A DNA stretch of 64,000 nucleotides from Fistulifera solaris (lineage: Eukaryota). Below the pieces are notes generated by a model. That model worked only from the letters and a program-made list of their open reading frames with translations. It ran no database searches and had not been told where the DNA came from. The position numbers and the translations under genes were made by a program. This document shows positions 60,146-64,000 of this stretch, piece after piece; positions within the stretch are counted from its first letter, which is position 1; every line of letters starts with the position of its first letter. The stretch is from positions 372,001 to 436,000 of the forward strand of contig AP026176.1 of the NCBI GenBank assembly GCA_030295235.1. The letters are read 5' to 3'.

Positions 60146-61183
60146 CTAGCGATACTTGGAACATGAATCCGCACAACATGGATTCTCGCAACCCCGTTCC
60201 GAACCCCCGGAAAAGTACAGTTCCAGCATTTGAGTGGTTTTCTTGGAGAAAGCGAACGTGTCGTCAAAGATTCCTCGGTAGCGCGCGACTCCGTATTCAT
60301 ACAAAGCGTCATCTAACACGGACATGAACGGATCCCAATCATTTCTGTCGAATGCAGGGTACGTCATATTCTCCATAATCGCACTATTTTGTACTTTCGG
60401 AGCCGATAGTTTCCATCCCAACGATTGCGCCATTGCCGGATACATGGTCTCCCAGTGTTCTAACAGCAAGATGTGATCGAACAATCTCAACCGGTTGAGT
60501 GCGTAATCAAAAATTTCCCGTGTGATTTGAAACTTGGGTACGGTTTGACACCGCGTTCCGCATATTTTCCGAAAACTCCAATTGTCCGGTTGGGCTTGCC
60601 ACCATGCTGCGAATTTGGGCAAGACGGCTTGCTCTCTTTGACTCTTTTGCAGTTCTCGACACACGTGCTTCCAATGAGAAAGATACCGATCTCGACTTTT
60701 TCGTAGCACCACAATATAAATATAATGTTCCGGATCCATGGCTTCGTACATGTCTCCTTCATTGGCGACAAACCTATAGAAACTCTTTGCCGCAAATTTT
60801 TGTTGTGCTTCCAGAGTGTCGGCAAGACCACAACACCGTTGATCCTTCTGGACGTTGCAATTGTGTCTCTTGTCCACGCGAAGTCGATTCAAAGACGCCG
60901 CACCACACATCGTACTGCCTCCACTTTTGTGAATGTGCAAGAAAAAGAGGAGTTTGCGTTGGCGGCGCATGCTGGATAAAATGGTATCGTTCTTATCGCC
61001 CGGCAAGGGTTTGTAAGGAATTTGATGAGGATACAGCGAAACGGAAGTATCGGTCGACTGCAGATTGGGAAACCAGCCGAGCGGACTGCTGCCGATCACG
61101 ACAAGGAACAGAAAGAAAAAGAATAGAAACGTACGACGACTGCAGAAGCGATGTTTCTTGTCATCCTTCGCCGCGAGTTCCAT
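60146..61183 (-). CDS. Type II membrane (Golgi-type) sulfotransferase-like protein, copy 1
   Basis: N-terminal TM; 5'-PSB-like FFLHIHKSGGST; 3'-PB-like VVLRKSRDRYLSHW; FDHILLLE; LDDALYEYG. Confidence 0.8.
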   Translation of the reverse strand: MELAAKDDKKHRFCSRRTFLFFFFLFLVVIGSSPLGWFPNLQSTDTSVSLYPHQIPYKPLPGDKNDTILSSMRRQRKLLFFLHIHKSGGSTMCGAASLNRLRVDKRHNCNVQKDQRCCGLADTLEAQQKFAAKSFYRFVANEGDMYEAMDPEHYIYIVVLRKSRDRYLSHWKHVCRELQKSQREQAVLPKFAAWWQAQPDNWSFRKICGTRCQTVPKFQITREIFDYALNRLRLFDHILLLEHWETMYPAMAQSLGWKLSAPKVQNSAIMENMTYPAFDRNDWDPFMSVLDDALYEYGVARYRGIFDDTFAFSKKTTQMLELYFSGGSERGCENPCCADSCSKYR

Positions 61184-61935
61184 CGTTCGATCCTAGAACG
61201 ATTCCTATTTTAATAATTGTCAAAGGAAGATGAGTTCATGAAATGATATTCGGTTTCAAAGGCGTTGAAGAGAAGAATCATCATCGGCGTTTGCGGTCAT
61301 AATTGCTTTCGTTGAAGGATTTTCTTATGATGTCATACTCTCCGTGATCGCACGCGATCCGCGTTTATACTCGCCGTAATAGTACTCGTGACTAAAAAGA
61401 AGTCACGTATCACCCGGGGACCTGCTAGTGCTAGTCGATTCGAGGTAGCAATTTTAGCTGGAACTTGTTTGAGGTAAAGGAATGATGAAATAGGACAGAG
61501 AAACATAGCGGTAAATGAAAGTGGTGTACCTGGGTAGATCTGGATTTTTTGGCGGAGATGCTTAAACGTAGATCGGCGGCCACAATTCAGCTCATGCACA
61601 CTCATACTGCTGAAATTGTTCCACTGTTGCAATCATGCATGCTTCAATAATTACATTGAGCGCCACGACTTCATATTTTCGTTAAACGTTTCCTTTTATC
61701 AGTTCCGCCTTCGATAGCACCTCGAGAATTCAGACGCGCCTAAAGCTTTTTGATGCTTCGACGACATCGACGTTCAGCGGAAAAAACACTCATCCTTGTG
61801 TCTTCAATTCCTTGAGAACCAGAGCTCAAGCGATAAAAATCATGCTGTAATCGGTGCTTGATTTCACCGCTTTCGGCAAGTAGGAATAGAAAATACGAAT
61901 TCGAATCGTCGCGAGAAAACAATCAGCACAATAAG

Positions 61936-62979
61936 CTAGCGATACGTCGAACACGACTCCGCACAACATGGATTCCCACAACCTCGCTCTCGTCCCATAC
62001 TAAAATAATGATCCAGCTTGCGGGCTGTCTCTTTCGAAAACCTGAACTCGTCAACGCTGATCCCTCGATAGCGCGCCAATCCAAACTCATACAATGCATC
62101 ATCTAAGATGGACATGAACGGATCCCAATCACGGCTGCCCAGTGCCGGATAGGTTATATTCTTTGCCTTGGCACTGATATGTAGATTGGGAACCGTGCGC
62201 CATCCCAAAGATTGCGTGAATTGCGGTAACATGGCATCCCAATACTCCAACAATAAGATATGATCGAAAGAATTCAGCCGCTTCATTGTGTATTGAAATA
62301 ACTCAAGGTTGACTTGATACTTGGGCACATTTTGACACCGCGTGCCGCAAATTTTCCGGAAATTCCAGTTGTCGGGTTGTGCCTGCCACCACGCATCAAA
62401 TGTTGGTAATGTCACATTCGTGTGATACTGTTCTTGACACATGTGCTTCCAATGCGAACGATACCTGTCCTGACTTTGACGCAACACCACCATATACGTG
62501 TAATGTTGATGATCCATCGCATCGTACATGTCCTTTTCATTGGCGACAAATTGATAAAAGGTCACGGCGGCAAATCGTTCTTGCGCTTGCAATGTATCGG
62601 AAAACCCACAACACCGCTGATCCGGTTGAACATTGCAGTTTTGCTCTTTATTGACGCGCAATTGATTCATGGCAGCCAAAGCACACATACTAGTGCCGCC
62701 ACTTTTGTGAATGTGCAAGAAATACACAATTTTGTGGTTCTTCCGTGTTCTTCGTAAATTTCCCAAATGCGGTTGCGAGTTGTCGATTGTCGTTGAATTG
62801 CTAAGCGATTCGTTCCGCAGCATCAGAAGACTATCACGAAGAACTGTATCATTGAGCTCAAAAAGAGTATCGAAAGAGGGACCGTTACGGAAAGCAAAAA
62901 GGAAAAAGAGGAAAGGGAGGAGAAGCTTGCATCGTCGAAGGCAGTTCCTACGAGCTTTTTCTTGTTCTTTTCTCGTCAT
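61936..62979 (-). CDS. Type II membrane (Golgi-type) sulfotransferase-like protein, copy 2
   Basis: YFLHIHKSGGTS; VVLRQSQDRYRSHW; highly similar to copy 1 including terminal GC.NPCCA.SCS.YR. Confidence 0.8.
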   Translation of the reverse strand: MTRKEQEKARRNCLRRCKLLLPFLFFLFAFRNGPSFDTLFELNDTVLRDSLLMLRNESLSNSTTIDNSQPHLGNLRRTRKNHKIVYFLHIHKSGGTSMCALAAMNQLRVNKEQNCNVQPDQRCCGFSDTLQAQERFAAVTFYQFVANEKDMYDAMDHQHYTYMVVLRQSQDRYRSHWKHMCQEQYHTNVTLPTFDAWWQAQPDNWNFRKICGTRCQNVPKYQVNLELFQYTMKRLNSFDHILLLEYWDAMLPQFTQSLGWRTVPNLHISAKAKNITYPALGSRDWDPFMSILDDALYEFGLARYRGISVDEFRFSKETARKLDHYFSMGRERGCGNPCCAESCSTYR

Positions 62980-64000
62980 CTTTTCCTCATCGAATGGCGT
63001 TTTGATTCGTCCTTATTTCCAGAAAGCGAGACTTCTATTTTTCAAATGGAGGCACTTCGTATCATCTCATATTTACCTTGTCCTTTAAATGCACTGGTTG
63101 TCATTATTATTAGCAACGCAATATAATCATTTTCAGGTTGCCAGAAAATCTGATAAATACTGCTATTAGCTGTTGGTTCATGACTCATGACTGAATTGCA
63201 GTCGTGGTTCCCGAGAACCATCACTTTGGGTCAATAGTAAATGTTGAAGACAACGTTTCGCAAGGCTCTTAGAATGACCATCTCATGCAAACGCTATAAA
63301 AGTCTATTTCACTGCAATAATGAAAAAAGGAGCCCAAGATTTTCTGCCGATTGAACGGCTTTTAATTTTAGGCAGCAGTCGTGACAAAATACGGGCAACA
63401 CTTTGGTCCATAGTAAATACGGAAGACAAAGTGCCGCAATTTTGGGGGTTGGCGGGTAATTGTCAAGGCAAGATGATGAGCAGCTGCAAATATTACCTAT
63501 TCACTAATTCGAAGTAAACTTAACAAGTACAAAAGTATCTAGTTAACCTCTCTAGCTAGATCAAGTTGTTCGCTCTAGGTCCTTGCCACCCTTTCCACTA
63601 TAGTTCTACCAAGTACCAAGTATACGATCGAGTTTCATCCGACTGGATGTCAGTCATGAATTGGACCTAGGATGATGAGCTTCTCCACTTCTCAGATTAT
63701 CCGCAAGTTAATGATGGTTATCTTATTCCTTCTTGACAAATTCGTACCTTTAAGTCGGGATGTCGTGTTGTATGTTGGTTGGATAATTTTGGTCTTAATA
63801 TTGTCTTTCAACATCAAAGTACGAAGCCACCAAAGAAGATTCGACTACTAAAAAATCTTTTAATATCTAGTTCATAACCACGTAAATCACTAAATAGGCT
63901 GATCATTCTTAATTGTTTGCTCGGTTCGTACAAACGGAAAGAGACAACAGGCAACTCATGCCTCACAGTCCTCTACTTTCGAAACTTAGAATACAAGAAC

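Overview
Eukaryotic, gene-dense nuclear DNA with short GT-AG introns, most consistent with a pennate diatom. This rests on HSF-family factors, signal-plus-transit (ASAFAP-like) leaders and a cytosolic GapC; the species cannot be determined from sequence alone. About 35 protein genes are supported: biotin ligase, two HSF transcription factors, sulfite oxidase, an NSF-like AAA ATPase, an LtrA-like membrane protein, SSRP1, a strictosidine-synthase-like protein, mitochondrial L49, two alpha/beta hydrolases, ERGIC3/Erv46, a PAB-like protein, two M8/leishmanolysin-like peptidases, trypsin, an ankyrin protein, GAPDH, three tandem Cys-rich secreted paralogs, two sulfotransferase-like paralogs, several small orphan proteins and one decayed 2OG-Fe(II) oxygenase gene. 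At least ten frameshifts in otherwise intact genes are single-base losses in homopolymers and are probably assembly errors. Four non-autonomous TIR elements are visible (8.5-9.0, 46.2-48.7, 49.0-49.6 and 58.0-58.4 kb). The most unusual signals are (i) pervasive, sequence-diverse 7-bp-period tandem micro-duplications in non-coding DNA, with a clear expansion in one paralog promoter, (ii) a conserved symmetric 21-nt micro-exon encoding exactly the HExxH motif in both M8 peptidases, and (iii) several unnamed short motifs shared among neighbouring orphan proteins. No rRNA, tRNA or CRISPR array was found. All protein assignments come from motif recognition by eye, not database searches.
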